The position numbers were made by a program, and so were the translations under genes. 64,000 nt of DNA, taken from Basidiobolus meristosporus CBS 931.73 (taxonomy: Eukaryota > Fungi > Basidiobolomycota). Each line of letters opens with the position of its first letter. Positions within the stretch are counted from its first letter, which is position 1. The DNA is taken from positions 31,519 to 95,518 of the forward strand of contig MCFE01000321.1 of assembly GCA_002104905.1 (NCBI GenBank), written 5' to 3'. Positions 1-13,756 of this stretch are shown here, one piece after another. The notes under the pieces were generated by a model. The model was not told where the DNA came from. It saw nothing but the letters and a program-made list of their open reading frames with translations, and did no database searches.

Positions 1-870
1 TCCATCATATAGATTCTGTGTGAGGTAATAGAAATGACCTATATTAGGCAAAGCTAAGGTTTTGTCATCTATATGTGATCCAGATTATCCCATTTCTTGG
101 TACTGTGTCACACAGTGCATGGCCAAAAAAGGGTTTTTGTTCAACTCTGAGCTAGGATGGCCTTCTCCCACTTGAACCACGCCTATTTAGTGCTTCAGAT
201 ATACAAAAATGATCTAGAGTGGTTATGTTTGTTTTCCTTAAGTAACAATATCTATCTTTGATAGTTTACTTTGCTTACAATAGACTCAAGGTCCATTTGC
301 TTCTTGGTTTTCCCAGTTTGGTATCAGAAAGTACCATTGATTAGTGAGTAGGTACTTTCAGAGTGCTTCCACAGATTTGAATTGATACAACTGCTTTTGT
401 CTTATCAGAATATACATATGGAGTAGAGTCTAGTGCATTCCCAGAAGTGAGATTCTTCTCAACAAGGGCTTTGATCATCCTTATTCTCCTAATAGGTATT
501 TTCAGCCTTGAGCTTGGTTTGCAAGGCTAACTGATGTTCTCAGTGTCTTCAGAATCCATAAAACACATCTGGTTGATGCTTGCACCTTTTTTCTTTTAGC
601 TCCATAGACAGCACTGTGGTAGGGTTAACATACCTCCCACAGACAAGTTTATTCATGCAGTCATTATGATAAACCTATCCATATTTTATCTTATTAGTAT
701 TATCCCATTCTTCTTTTGCCCATATTATCAGTATTATCCCCATATGATGTTTACCCTGATTAGTTATTAGCATTAGTTATCCCAGATGTTATTCAGCTTT
801 GTGATCAATATATGTACCTACATAAGGCAAGTACCCGCGTCAAGTACCTGTGACACATGACCTAGGTCTG

Positions 871-1189
871 TGTTACCATCCCTACCAGTTCAATACCATA
901 TATGGTATTTCTATGTTGCACAGGTTTCAGATTACTGATTCCTGATTGGTTGAATGTGCTGTGCCTTTTAGAATCTTCCAGGACATTCTTGGCATATTTT
1001 TGGCTCATAGTGATGTCACCAAGAATTCCACTGATACCTGGAATCTTCTAGAACCTTGTCATTAATAATCACTTGGCAATCAGGAAAAGTATTTAAGGGA
1101 AAGCAATCCCTTGTCAATAAATCATCCCTTCTTTCAGTAACACTTCTACCTTATTGTTTAGCAGTTGATCACTGCACCTGCCTTTAACA
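871..1189 (+). repeat. Possible solo LTR of a second family
   Basis: TGTTA...TAACA termini, TATA-like ATTTAAG at 1091, AATAAA at 1116. No convincing TSD. Confidence 0.35.
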
Positions 1190-2639
1190 GTACATCTCAG
1201 ACCTGCCATCAAGGAGCTTTTCAGGGTAGTGCACAAGACACACAGAGGCCTTTGGAGACACTTGGAGCACCTAGGAAGCTAGAGAAGCAGGAGCTTTTAC
1301 CATTGTGATATATTGACAAAGACACCAGCAGTTTAGACACAGAGGGTATTGCACCCATCAGACACCTCACACACCTCAAGTTGTGTAGCTTCCCCCAGGA
1401 GTACCTCTACACCACCACAGCACACATCAAGACTTCTGCTTCAATGAATCTGCTCCAATTTAAACTACAATATCTGACAGATATTGTTGAAATTTCAGGG
1501 CTCTTGTGGAATTTGAGACTCAATGACTTTGTACAAGAGGCACCATGAAGCATATCTACACTGATAGATAGTCCAAATATAGCCTACATAGGTTTTGGCT
1601 CCATTTGGGGAGTACCTTAATTTGTAGTAGTAATATTTTCCCATTTCTCTACTTTTTCTTTTTCTGCTAAGGATCCAAGGGAGATCCCATTTGTGGGATG
1701 GTTCTGGACTCTCCTACAGGAGGGACCACAGCGTGCTTTAGCATAGAAGTCCTCATGAGATTGTTCCAGAATATATGACTATTTGGCAGTGAAATAATCA
1801 AAATTGGTATCCACTTAGATCTATCGTAACTTTAGATAGAGTTAACAAAATTTGATCAAATAAACTGCATTTGCAAGCTGTATAATATCTTATCCAAAAG
1901 CTTGTCTAACATTTATTGAGGTCATATAAATACATACAGCAATAAATTTCTTTGCAGTACTGAACCCTCAAATGCCAATATTACACAATTTTTTCAGTAG
2001 TGGTAGAGCACCAATGTACTATATATCTTGACATATTTGCATGCCAGCTTGCTAGACTCTGCTTCATAACAAGCTTCAGTAGGTACTAAATCAGTATCTT
2101 GGGGGCAAGTTCTTCTTCTCTACAGTAATATCCTCAGGAACATAGTCCTTTGGGCAGTGGTAGTATTTGTTAACTTTAGCAGAGCAATAGTGCAGAAAGT
2201 CTTTCTCCAGACTAGCAGAAAAGAATTCAAGGCAAAGTAGACACTAAGAGAATAGCAGACTTGGGGTTTATAACCTCTTGCAATATTCTGAGAAGTATTG
2301 GAAGTGGTAATGAGAATTAGTGGATTTACATGATATATAATTGTGGATTTATTGATCAAATGTATGGTATTTATACATTTGACAAAGTAGAGCATACAAA
2401 TATATAGGTTCTGTCATGGAAGGTTCCAAGAATATGTATGCAAAGTTTGGGGCTTTTGGACAACTTTAGGAAAGATTATAATCTGGGTACCTGATAATTT
2501 GGAGAAAATATTCTAGGTAGATCCTGACAAGAAATTTTGTCAGTACAGAATGATAATCAACAAAAAAGATCTATGTAACTAAGCAATCCTGAACATTAAG
2601 GAGACAACTTAATAATTGCAACACTCAAGAGCTTTGGTA

Positions 2640-2900
2640 TCATCAAGACTAAGACACAATCTCATCTATTTCAATGACATCTGTGTGGACTTAAGCATAA
2701 TTCATCCTTAAGAATGATGAAGAATTTGATCACCTTTATTGATGATAATACAAGATACTTATGGGTTAACTTTATGAAAACAAAAGAAGAAGCACTGTCA
2801 AAGTTCAGGGAGCTTAAAGCTGTGGTGAAAAGAGAAACTGGTGAAAATATCAAGCAAATATACTCTGACAGGGGTGGGGAATTGTTGTGTTGTATTATGA
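2640..2900 (+). pseudogene. Copia integrase fragment
   Basis: LITFIDDNTRYLWVNFMKTKEEALSKFRELKAVVKRETGENIKQIYSDRGGE matches the rve core and is near-identical to 11010-11160. Confidence 0.9.
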
Positions 2901-3194
2901 CTAGTATGAAGCTTGTTCTGCAATGTGGAAGCTAATCAACATTATACAAAAAGTTCCAGAATGCTAATACTAAAATAGCTTATTGGGAGTTTGATATACC
3001 AATAGAAGATAAAATTTTGACTAATATCCTCAATCTTGGGCTCAAAATATACTATAGACAATGATTCTCACTTCTACAGCAGTGTTCTGACCTTCTGTCA
3101 ACTACTGGGCTTATTTGCTTTTATGTAACTTGTTCTTATTTGGAAGTCACTTTCCTTTCTGAGAAAATATTTGCTAATATGGAAATTCTGAACT

Positions 3195-3400
3195 CCCTTT
3201 AACCTAAAGGGGTGTAGTGTAGAAGTCTCCAAAGGGGTCTTTAGACCTAGTGGGGTGTCTAAAGTGGTGTCAGAGTAAAGGGGCTTTTTGTAGTGGTCAC
3301 TAAAGTGGACTTTACACTAAAGGGGTGCCTGAAGGGGCTTCTTAAAGGTGTCTCTAAAGGTATATCTTTAGAATAAAGGGGCTTCTTAGAAGGGACTTTT
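3195..3400. repeat. Degenerate low-complexity repeat, ~12 copies of (C/T)AAAGGGG-like motif
   Basis: ctaaaggggt, ccaaaggggt, ctaaagtggt, taaaggggc and similar, at irregular spacing. Confidence 0.6.
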
Positions 3401-4059
3401 CTGACAGAAAAGTTGTAGTTTTCTTGTAGAACTTAGATTGATTCTTGTGAGCTTTGCAGTCTCTTTACTGATGTAGTACCAATCAAAGTCAGAATACTCA
3501 ACAGTGCCAGTGATGCAGAGGAAGTCTTATAACCTTTAAACTTGTAACTGTAGGGTGGAGATTCTGGAAAGAGATGCTCTCCTTTATTTCTCAGCTGGGG
3601 AAGTCATATATATGAAAATTCTGAGGGATCAAAGATTTGCGCAAGCAATACACATTATACAAAGCCAAAATTTTGCAGTGGTGCAGATTTCACATAGGTG
3701 TAGCACCTGTGAAAATATCACATGATTTTATTGGCTGATTTGAAAGCTACACACAATCAAAGTCACTATAGTAATTCTAGCAATAGAGGCCTAGTTTATA
3801 TGATAATTGGGCTCTTTGATCATAACTCCTTGAGTACTGCTTCAAATGAGCTGTAACTTGAACCATGTGTTGACTACTGAGCATTTGGCATGAAATAATA
3901 TTCTTGGGTGAATTTCTTGTCAGGGTCTGGAGCATTTGTCCTTCAAAGTTGAAAATTCTTGATCTTTCACTTGTGTGTTATGATAGTACAAAGCAAAATA
4001 AAGGAATGAGTCCAATATTGGTTTTGAGATATGTAGTAATGGAATACTTTCCATTACCA

Positions 4060-6010
4060 CAGAATATACCTCGAAACTCTTCATCCACTTCTGCAAAAAT
4101 GCTTGGGATAAAGTAAGAGATCACTGCACCATACTCTCCATAACAAAATGAGTGGCAGAATATGCAAGCAATACAATAAGTGAAACTGCAGATCTATATC
4201 CATTATCAAAATTATCCTATGATCTTTGAAAAGAGTCAGTTGTTACCGCAGTATATCTCAAAAATAGGACATTCCAGAGAACTCTATAATCATGGTTTGA
4301 TCTGAATTAGTGCATCAAGTGATTATTTCAGGGTCACAAGCCAGAGGATCCAACCAGATCAGGCATTGCCTGTATTACTATATCAATGAGGGTACAAAGG
4401 TATCCTATGCCTATTCAGTTCAAATTGATGGATCATAGACAGTAAAAGAGTTCCAAAATTGCCTATGGAGGAAGCTTGGAGATGTGCAATGACCACAGAG
4501 TATCAGGCCCTGATGAAAAATCAAACTTGGTACCTAGTCAAATTTCCAACTAGCAAAAAATGAAGTGGATGCTGATAGGTCATCTACAAAAATTACATTG
4601 CTGATTGTATATTTGAGAGACATAAAGTAAGATTTATGGCCATAGGATACTCTCAGACAAAGGACTGGACTACACTGAGACCTGTGCATCAGTAGCCAAT
4701 ATTAACTCCAGCATACAAATACTGGACTTCTTCTGTTGGATAGTGCCATATCAAGACATAAGTACCAAATGAGGCTATAGTGTCCCAAGGAGGCAAAGTG
4801 AGCCTATACATGGCCACAGAGTGTGAAATATAGCTCTGCATCTTCATGCAAAGCAGCCCCTGTGCTTCACCCATTGTGCTGGAGAAAATTCATTTTTTGA
4901 CCTTTTTTTTGGATCAATATTGTGCAGAATGTGCAAGAGCACAAAAAAATTGAAGACATGTGTCAGGTACTCATTACCTATGGCACTCTGAATCTAGCCC
5001 TGTGGCTTGTATCATGTCACAAAGATTATGGGACTATCTTGGTCCACTGGTACTATCAGGCACTATATTTAAATATTAGCCCTAAAGTAAAACCTATAAA
5101 AGCACTTATAGTGCCAGATAGTACCAGTGGACCAAGATAGTGCCATGCATTTTGGTGACATGATACAAGCCACATGGCTAGATTCAGAGTGCCATGAGTA
5201 TTGGGTATCAGATCCATGTCTTCAGTTCTTCTGTGCTCTTACACATCCTGAACAATGTTGATTCAACAAAAAGGTCAAAAAATGGATTTTCTCCAGCGCT
5301 ATGGGTGAAACACAGGGGCTGCTATTCATGAAGATGAAGAGTCATGTTTTACGCGCTGTGGCTAAGTTTAGGTCCACTACACCTTTCTGGCATGTAATGG
5401 CACTATTTGGCACCCATGGCTCAATGTAGCACTATCCAACACAACAAGTCTACTAACCAGTGCAGCCAAATATAGGTTTTTGGCTCCTCAAATGGATGTA
5501 AAGCTACATTTTGGTATGGAGAACTTGATGAAAACCTGTACATGGACCATCTTGATATGTTGGTTGGGCAGGATAACCTAAGCTTGGTCTGCAAGATTAA
5601 AAATCTCTATATGGTGTGAAACTATCATCAGGAGCCTAGAATTGCAAAATAGATTTGTATTTGGAATCACTGAGTTTCCATAAATGTACTGCCAGCCACT
5701 GTATCTACTATAAGCTAGGTAGAGCAAGTCTGGCTCTGTTAGCTCTCAATATTGGTGCAATTATTATAGCCAGCAATAACTGAGAAACACTGGAAGAGAC
5801 TAAATCCAGCACATCTAAGGAGTTCAAGATGTCTTATCTAGGAGAACTCAGTTACTGCTTAAAGATAAATTTCTCTCTAAATAGAGGTATCTAAGTTATC
5901 ACCCTTAGACGGTCCAATTATATTCAAGATAAGTTCAAGTGGTGCTATGTGGATGACTGTAAGTTAGCAGCTACCCTAATGAAGCCAAACCTTAGCTTTG
6001 TCCAGGTTTT
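4060..6010 (+). pseudogene. Copia integrase/RT fragment, interrupted by the foldback element
   Basis: EYTSK..IHFCK, MTTEYQALMKNQTW.LVK and QMDVK..F..GELDE align with the better preserved copy at 11150-12760. Confidence 0.85.
4725..5450. mobile_element. Foldback/MITE-like element: ~342-bp inverted arms, 41-bp AT-rich spacer
   Basis: Arm 4725-5066 is the reverse complement of arm 5108-5450 along its length (e.g. atcttggtccactggtactatc / gatagtaccagtggaccaagat). Flanked by TACTG / TACTA inside a copia RT frame. Confidence 0.88.
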
Positions 6011-6184
6011 GTTTTAAATATTTTTTAAATCCAAATTCAGGCTAAATATCAGCTTACACACATTACTATTTCAAAAATGCGTGAACTAAACCTCATGGTT
6101 GCTAATTCAATAATTACCAACAAGTTTAAAAATATGCCTTGAAATATATATTTTTAAATCCAAATTCAAGCCAAATATCAACAT

Positions 6185-9100
6185 TTATACTTTTATATGG
6201 TCTTAGAGTAATGGGCACTGAGAATAGATTTAGGAAGGCTCTTAGAACAAGTGTGCAAATTGTGTGCTGTTTTGGCAACTTATCAAATCTTTATGACTGG
6301 GTATCTGATATTTTGATGAAAATATTCCAGGTAGATCCTAACAAGGAATGTGGTCAGTATTCTCTAAGATTTGTAGGTAAAGATCTGAGTGGCAAGTTAG
6401 GTGAGTATTTAGGTGGATTTATGAGCCTTCACAATACTCCTGCTGAACTAAACGCTCATACTGAATAGTTCTGATATTGACCTATGATTTTCAAATTTGT
6501 CTCTAGCTTATGGCTTCATAGATTTGTCTGCAATCATTTAATCTATAAGACAGCAAGCTGATTTAACTAAGTTATGTTCTGTAGTTTTACATATGATATA
6601 ATGTCTAATATCTTTCTGTATAGGTCCAGTATAAGAAGTTGGATTTCTACCTAAACTTGTATACATCCTTCCTTATCTTGAAACAAAGTAATGAGTACTC
6701 TTGACATAAGTCTAAGTCTTTAAAAAGCTTTCTGAGCCCCATTACCTCTTTTGTAGCTTCACAGGCTGCCATATACTCTGCCTCTGTGGTGGAAAGTGTG
6801 TCAGTAGGTTGCTTTCTTGAATTCCATGAACTTGCTCCTTTGCAGTGAAGAAAGGTGTATGCCATGATGGATCATCTGTCTTCTAAACTTTGTCCCCAGT
6901 CTGCATGGGTATATTTTGTGAGATCCTGTTCTGCATCTTTATTGGTGTTCCTTGAGCAGATATCAGCAGCTCCTTTTAGGTATCTAAAAATCCACTCAAC
7001 TGCTGCATATGATCAGATCCATAGTTCTGATTATGCTGGCAGACAACTCCCACCAAGTATGCATATCTGCTCAGGTTTCAAGCATAAAATGTGTTGGACT
7101 ACCAGACATAGCTTAGTAAGCAAATGCTGGCTTTCAGATGGCCCCAGACTCACTTGACTTGGTTGAGCTTGGACTAACTTAAGGTTTGTCCCCATTGGAG
7201 TAGCTGCTGATTTACAGTCTTCCATTTGGTACTTCTTGATTATATCTTGAATATACTTTGACTGGGTAAAGGTGATAGTCTTGGTACTTCTGTTATTGTA
7301 GAACATAATTCCTAATGAATAACTGGGTTCCCTAGACTGGATATCTTGGGCTCCTTAGATATGCTGGATTTGATCTCTTCCATATAGTAGATACTATGGT
7401 CAGCAGTACCTTTTGGCAACTAAATGATTTCTAGTAAGAATCTGTCTTGCATATCCAGGCTCTTTGTCATTGTTCCAGAATATATAGAAAGCTTTTGAGC
7501 TTTCAGACCAAACAGGGGCTATTTGATCAGCAAGCCCTCCAGGCTGGTCTATGTACCTGCTCTCATCAAGCTCTCCTCTCAGAAATGCAGTTGTTGCATC
7601 CACTTGGTGAATCAAAAATCTTTTTTGGCTGCAATAGTTAGCATTTATATGCTGGATTAAATCTTGCTACTGGTGCAAAGGTCTCAGTGAATTTAAGTCT
7701 TTTATTTGAGAGTATTCTTGAGCCACAAGTCCTGCTTTGTAACCTTCAACTGTACCATCAGCCTTGTAATTCTCTTGAAGATACATCTATATCTGATTGA
7801 GTTTTGGCTGATTGATAATTTGATTAAGTTACAAGTTTGATTTGCATTAGGACCTGACACTCCCCAGTCATTGTAGACCTCTAAAACCTTGTCTGAGGGC
7901 TATTTAGAGTCTTTTTTACAGTCTGAGTCTTATTAATGTGGACTGAATAGGTATATGCTAGAAATGTAACCTTGCTGATATAGTATATGGGCTAGTTCTG
8001 GTCTAGTTGGGTCTACTGGCTTGTAATACTAGAATGATCACTTCTGAGATATTTCTTGGCACTGATTCTGGCTGCACCATGGTTATCAAGTCCTCTGGAG
8101 TGAAAGGAATCTCATTGTTTTCCTCTGATTCAATCCTGACTGGTAATGCACTTGAGGTCAGATTTTTGTAATCATCTGATGTCATTTTTTGTAAAAAATC
8201 TTAATTTCTGTTAAGAACACATCATTGAACTAGATCCACTTCATTGCTTTGGAATTGTAGAGTCTAATATACCCTACTATCAGTGCAGTAGCCCAAAAGG
8301 TTGCATTTCACACTTTTGGGCTCAAATTTTGACTGATTTCAGAGCAGTTTCTTGGCATATGCTGTGCACCCAAGTGTTCTTAGATATACTGCACTTGGCC
8401 TGTACTCATATCATGCTGCAAGTGCAGTAGGCTCACAAGTTATTCTGTCATAGCTCCTATTTCAAGGGATACAGTTGTGGCAATTAATTTGCCCAAAAAT
8501 TGAAGGATAATATGATACTTGATCATAGAGCTTGCCATTTATACAACTCATCTGTTTGCACATCTGGTCACTTCATTTTGCTGTAGGGAGTATGGCACAG
8601 TAGTCTCTAGCTTATCCCATGAATGTTGCAGCAGTGTATGAAAAGTTTTGAGGTATACTCTTGATCATTGGCAGAGCATATTTTCTTGATTTTTCACTGG
8701 TTTCTCTCTCTACCATGGCTTTAGACTCTCTGAGCTTTGACAAAGTTTCTTCCTTTTTTCCCATGAAGTAGCCCCTTGTGTATCATGTATTATCATTAAT
8801 TAAAGTGACAAAGTACTTCATCATGCCTAAGGATAAATATTTGTAGGACCATATTGACCAGGATAAATTAAAGCTAATTTTTCTTAGTTTCTATTAACTC
8901 AGAGCCCCTGAGCAGCTCTCTGTCGTTTTTCCCATATATGCAGGCCTCATAGTGCTACAAGTTAACTGGGGAATCAAATTTACTTTAGAAATTAGCTAGT
9001 CTGATCATTTTGCACCAATAAACATATGATGTGTTCAAATCTCCAGTGCCAATGCATTGGTGCTTCCTTATTTAAGTTACCTGCGTTGGCTTCCTGATAT

Positions 9101-9280
9101 GATGGAATATAAGTCAAATTACATAGATTCTGCTCCCTGATTACCAAAGCAATATGGGTACCATTTTGATCAGCAATCCTGCATCTAGAACTGTCAAAGC
9201 TGAAACTGAGTCCTTCTGCTGAGGTCTCACTTACAGAGAGTAGGTTCTTGGCAATTTCCGGTATATAGAGTACTTCCTTG
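6185..9280 (-). mobile_element. Ty1/copia copy, 5'-truncated (protease-integrase-RT-RNase H-PPT-partial 3' LTR)
   Basis: Minus strand: EVLYIPEIAKNLLSVS (~9200), integrase 8300-8930, RT 7000-7950, RNase H SWNSRKQPTDTLSTTEAEYMAACEATKE (6647-6865), decayed PPT, LTR 6185-6436. Confidence 0.88.
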
Positions 9281-9630
9281 TGTTGTAAGAGTCTTGGAGA
9301 TATTAGAAGTTATTTAGGAGGACAAGTAGATTATGTGGTTTTCACTCAGAGATATATTGAGTGTAAAAGTAGTACTTATACTTTTACATGGTCTTGGCAT
9401 TACAAGCACATAGAATAGGTTAATGAAGGTCCCAAGAGCATGTGTGCAAAGTTTGGGGATGCTTGGACAACTTTGAGAATTTTCATGATCTGGGTACCTG
9501 GTATTGTGGTGAAAATATTCTATGTAAATCCCAACAAGGAACTTGGTTAGTATTCTATAGGATTTGAAGGTAATTATCTAAGTGACTAAGTTAGGTGAAT
9601 ATCCAGGTGGACTTACAAACTTCTACAACA
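9281..9630 (-). repeat. Complete copia 3' LTR (350 bp)
   Basis: TGTTGTA...TACAACA inverted termini. A PPT (GAGTGGGAG on minus) abuts 9631. Homologous copies at ~2290-2560, 6185-6436 and 12777-13103. Confidence 0.85.
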
Positions 9631-10420
9631 CTCCCACTCTGCTAAATGCACATACTGACCAGTCCTAATTTTGACCTAAGATATTCAAGCTCATCTCTAG
9701 CTAATGTTTCATAAATATGTCTGCAATCATATCATCTGAGGGACAGTAAATTAAGCTAACTTGTTACGCTCTATAGCTTCACGTATGAAATGATGTCAAA
9801 TATTTATGTGCTTGGTTCTAGCATGAAAGGTTGGATCTCTACCTAACTTTGTACATCCTTGATTATCCTGAAATAAGTAATAGGTGTTTTTTGACTTAGG
9901 CCTAAATCTGTACAAAGCTTTCAGAACCACATTGCTTCTTCTGTAGCTTCACAAGCTGCAATATACTCTGCCTCTGTGGTAGAGAGTGCTACGGTTAGTT
10001 GCTTTTGTGAATTCTATGAAACTGCTCCTTTGCAGTAAGGAAAGGTGCATCCAATGGTGGATCATCTGTATTCCAACTGATATCCCAATAAACATCATAG
10101 TATGCTGCAAGATCCTGTTTTAACTCCTTATAGTTATATCTTAAGCAGATATCCACAGTTCCTTTTAGGTATCTAAAAGTCTGCTTAACTGCTCCAATAT
10201 GATCAGATCCATAGTTCTGATAATGCTGGCTGACAACTCCCACTGAATATTAGATATCTGGACATGTTCTAAGCATGAAATAAATCAGACTGCTGACTAT
10301 AGTTTGATAAGGAAAGTCAGGGCTTTTGGATGGTGTCAAGCTCTCTTGATTTGGTTGAGTGTTGACCAAGTTAAGGCAGACTGGTGCTTCAGAAAGTGAG
10401 ATAGTCAGCAGAAAAAGCCT
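9631..10420 (-). mobile_element. 3' internal part (RT end/RNase H) of a second minus-strand copia copy
   Basis: FPYQTIVSSLIYFMLRTCPDI and AVKQTFRYLKGTVDICLRY, then an STTEAEY-type segment at ~9950-10000. Confidence 0.85.
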
Positions 10421-12776
10421 AAGAAATGCCAATTAAGAAGGTTTTCATGGGTGACAATAGAACAATTGATGCAGTGGGCAAATGAACTATCCAAGTAAGC
10501 CTTAGATGCAAAGAAGGAAGCCATACACTGACCTTTAAAGAAGTACGCTATGTACCAGAAATAGCCAAGAACCTATCATCTGTAAGCAAGGCCACTGTAA
10601 AAGAACTCAGCTTCAGCTTTGACAATTCTGGATGCAGGATCACTGATCAAAATGGTGCCCATGTTGCTTTGGGTATCAGATATCAGAATCTATACAAGTT
10701 GACTTATATTCCATCATATCTGGAAGCTGATATCAGTAACTTAAATGAAGTAACACCAGTGGTCTGACACAGAAGATTTGGACACATCAATTTAGATTAT
10801 TTGTGCAAAATAATCATATATCATCCAATTTCCAGAGCAAAAATTGATCCCCTAGCTGATTTAGAGCACTGTGAAGCCTGCATATATGGGAAATAAGCTA
10901 GACAACCATTCAAGAGCTTTGGGTTAATCAAAACTAAGAAAAAATTAGATCCAGTCATTTCAGATCTGTGTGGACCTATGCAAAGTTTATCATTAGGTGG
11001 GATGTAGTATTTAATCACTTTTATCGATGATTTTACATGGGTCTACTTCATGAAGTGAAAGGAAGAAGCTCTGTCTAAGTTCAGGGAGTTCAAAGTCATG
11101 GTGGAGAGAGAAACTAGTGAAAATATCATGAAAATACACTCTGACAATGGTGGAGAATATACCTCAAAACTCCTCATCCACTTCTGCAAAATTCATGGGA
11201 TAAAGCAAGAGACCACTGTGACATACTCCCCACAGCAAAATAGAGCAACAAAACATGCAAATAGATCAATAATTGATATGGCAAGATCTATGTTCTATAA
11301 TCAAAAATTATCCTATGATATTTGGGCAGAATCAGTTGCCACTGCTGTATACCTTAACAATAGGAGTTATAACAGAATACTTTGTAATTCTACTCTATTT
11401 GAGGCATGGCATGGAGACAGGCCAAGTATAGAGCTTCTAAGAGAACTTGTGTGTACATCATGTGCCAAGAAACTGCCCAGAAATCAGTCAAAGTTTGAGC
11501 CAAAGAGTCTAAATTGCATATATTTGGGCTACAGCAATGAAAGTAAAGCATACAGACTCTACAATGCCAAAGCAAAGAAGCTTATCAAGCTCAGGGATGT
11601 GTTGCCTGGTGAAAATGGAAAACTTTCACAAATAATGACATCTGATGATGACAAAAATCTGATCTCAAGTCCACCAATTGTCAGGACAGAATCAGAGCTA
11701 AACAATGAGAATTTTTCACTCCAGTGGACTCTACAACCATGGTACAGCCAGAATCAGTGCCCAGGAATATCCCAGAAGAGATTGTTTCAGTATCAAATGC
11801 CAGGAGATTCAACTGGACAAGAAATAGTCCTTATTACTAAATCATTGTGGGAACAAGTTTAGCCTATGCCTATTCAGTCATTATTGATGAGCACCACACT
11901 TTCAAAGAGGCCCTAAATAGCCCTCAGACAAGGTTTTGGAGATCTGCAATGACTGAGGAATATCAGGCCCTGATGGAAAATCAAACTTGGGACTTGGTCA
12001 AATTACCTATCAATCAAAAATCAATTGGATGCAGATGGGTCTCTAAGACAAAATATAAGGCTAATGGCACAATTGAAAGATACAAAGCAAGATTTGTGGC
12101 CAAAGAATACTCTCAAATAAAGGGACTTGAGTATATTGAGACCTTTGCACCAGTAGCCAAATTTATTTCCATCAGATTAATATTGGCTATTGCAGCCAAA
12201 TATGAGTTTTTTATACATCAAATGGATATAAAAACTGCACTTTGAATAGAGAGCTTGACAAGGATGAGTATACATACCAGCTTGATGTGTTGATTACCCA
12301 GGATAACCCCCATTTGGTCTGCAAGCTTAAAAATACCTATATGGTCTCAAACAATCACCAAAAGCCTGGAATTGCAAGATAGATTCATACTTGGAGTCTT
12401 TGAGTTTCAAAAGGAGTTGTGCTGACTATAATATGTACTATAAGCCAGATAGAGTAATTCTAGTTCTATTAGTTCTTTATGTGAATAATCTTATTATAGC
12501 CACCAATAATCTCAAACATTGGAACAGACTAAATCCAGTCTATCTAATTAGCTCAAGATTTCAAATCTAGGAGAACTCAGTTACTACTTTGGGATAAAGT
12601 TCTCCCTAGACAGAAGTACCCAGACTATCACCCTAAGCCAATCCAAGTATATTCAAGGTAAACTAAAGAAGTACCAAATGGGAGTCTGTAAACCAGCAGC
12701 TACCCCAATGGAGACAAACCTTAACTTGGACAAAACTCAACCAAATCAAGAGAGCTTGCATGCTAGAGCTACGCAT
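10420..12776 (+). mobile_element. Ty1/copia pol fragment (protease, GAG-pre-integrase, integrase, RT), best preserved copy
   Basis: ORFs 11098-11862 (IHSDNGGEYTS...YSPQQN) and 11847-12245 (WDLVKLP...RYKARFVAK...ETFAPVAK...HQMDIKTA). HRRFGHINLDYL at ~10770. Confidence 0.93.
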
Positions 12777-13103
12777 TGTTAGAGCCTTGGAGATATTGGA
12801 AGTGTTTGGGAGGACAAGTAGATTATGTGATTTTCACTTAAAAGTTTATTGAAAGTACAAGTAGTATTTATACTTTTACATGGTCTTGGCATAATAAGCA
12901 CATATAATAGGTTTAGGAAGGTCCCAAGAGCATGTATTGTCAGTTTGGAGCTGTTTGGATGACTTTGAGAATTTCTGTGTTCTGGGTAAACATTCTAAGT
13001 AAATCCCAACAAGGAATTGACCAGAATTTTCTATGATTTGTAGACAGTGATCCAAGTGACTAAGTTAGGTACATATTCAGGTGTGATTACAAAATTTACA
13101 ACA
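12777..13103 (-). repeat. Copia LTR copy
   Basis: TGTT...TACAACA ends, aligns with 9281-9630, has an internal deletion, no TSD. Confidence 0.8.
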
Positions 13104-13756
13104 ACTTCCTGCCCACATAACTTGCCATAGTGACAAAGCTTCCATATATGAAAGTTCTTACAGCACCTAAAAAGTCCTTAGGCTTTTTATGAATGCTTTT
13201 GGTGCCTTCTTAATTATAATGTGTCTTGCCTTTGAAGCCTTGTAAACATATATATATCATTAAGTGAGAGCAACATAATCTAAAGCCCCACATTTGTAAG
13301 GTGATTACCAATTCATAGAACTATCAGAGATTTGATGCTATTTGCAAATTAATTTCGTACCAAGAAAATGCAAGCCTAGAAATTTGCACAAGTTTTCAAA
13401 TATTTGGATTGTTTAGACAAGATAAGAAGTCTAAATGGTTAAGTGAATGGATAGCCAAATCCCTAGTAATATTCTAGTCACTCCATTTGTCAAGTAAAAC
13501 CTACAATGTAATGATTGATATTGCTTAAATTGGACGTAGGCGATGGCAGTATTCTTATGGAAACTGCAAAGAACCTGGTTAGGACACTTCGTCTGCAATT
13601 AGTGGATAGACCATATTGGTACGTGATGATTGGCCAACAAAGATATTTCAACAGCTCCTATATTAGAAACTACAGCACATGAACGCTCTCTAGAGGTGCA
13701 CATAGAGAATAGAGTGCTTCATTCAACTGAGTGCACTTATTAAGCAAGAATCTCTG

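Larger units (their letters stand above)
1..13300. mobile_element. Cluster of decayed, nested LTR retrotransposons (mainly one Ty1/copia family, both orientations)
   Basis: Broken ORFs carry copia protease, GAG-pre-integrase, integrase, RT and RNase H motifs (TFIDD..RY.WV, IHSDNGGEY, RYKARFVAK, HQMD, STTEAEY). Many stops and frameshifts. Only about two dozen CpG in 13 kb by eye. Confidence 0.93.

Noticed and set aside
1-13300. Ascomycete-type RIP as the cause of decay
   Set aside because: CpA/TpG are abundant while CpG is nearly absent, which fits CpG methylation-driven deamination.
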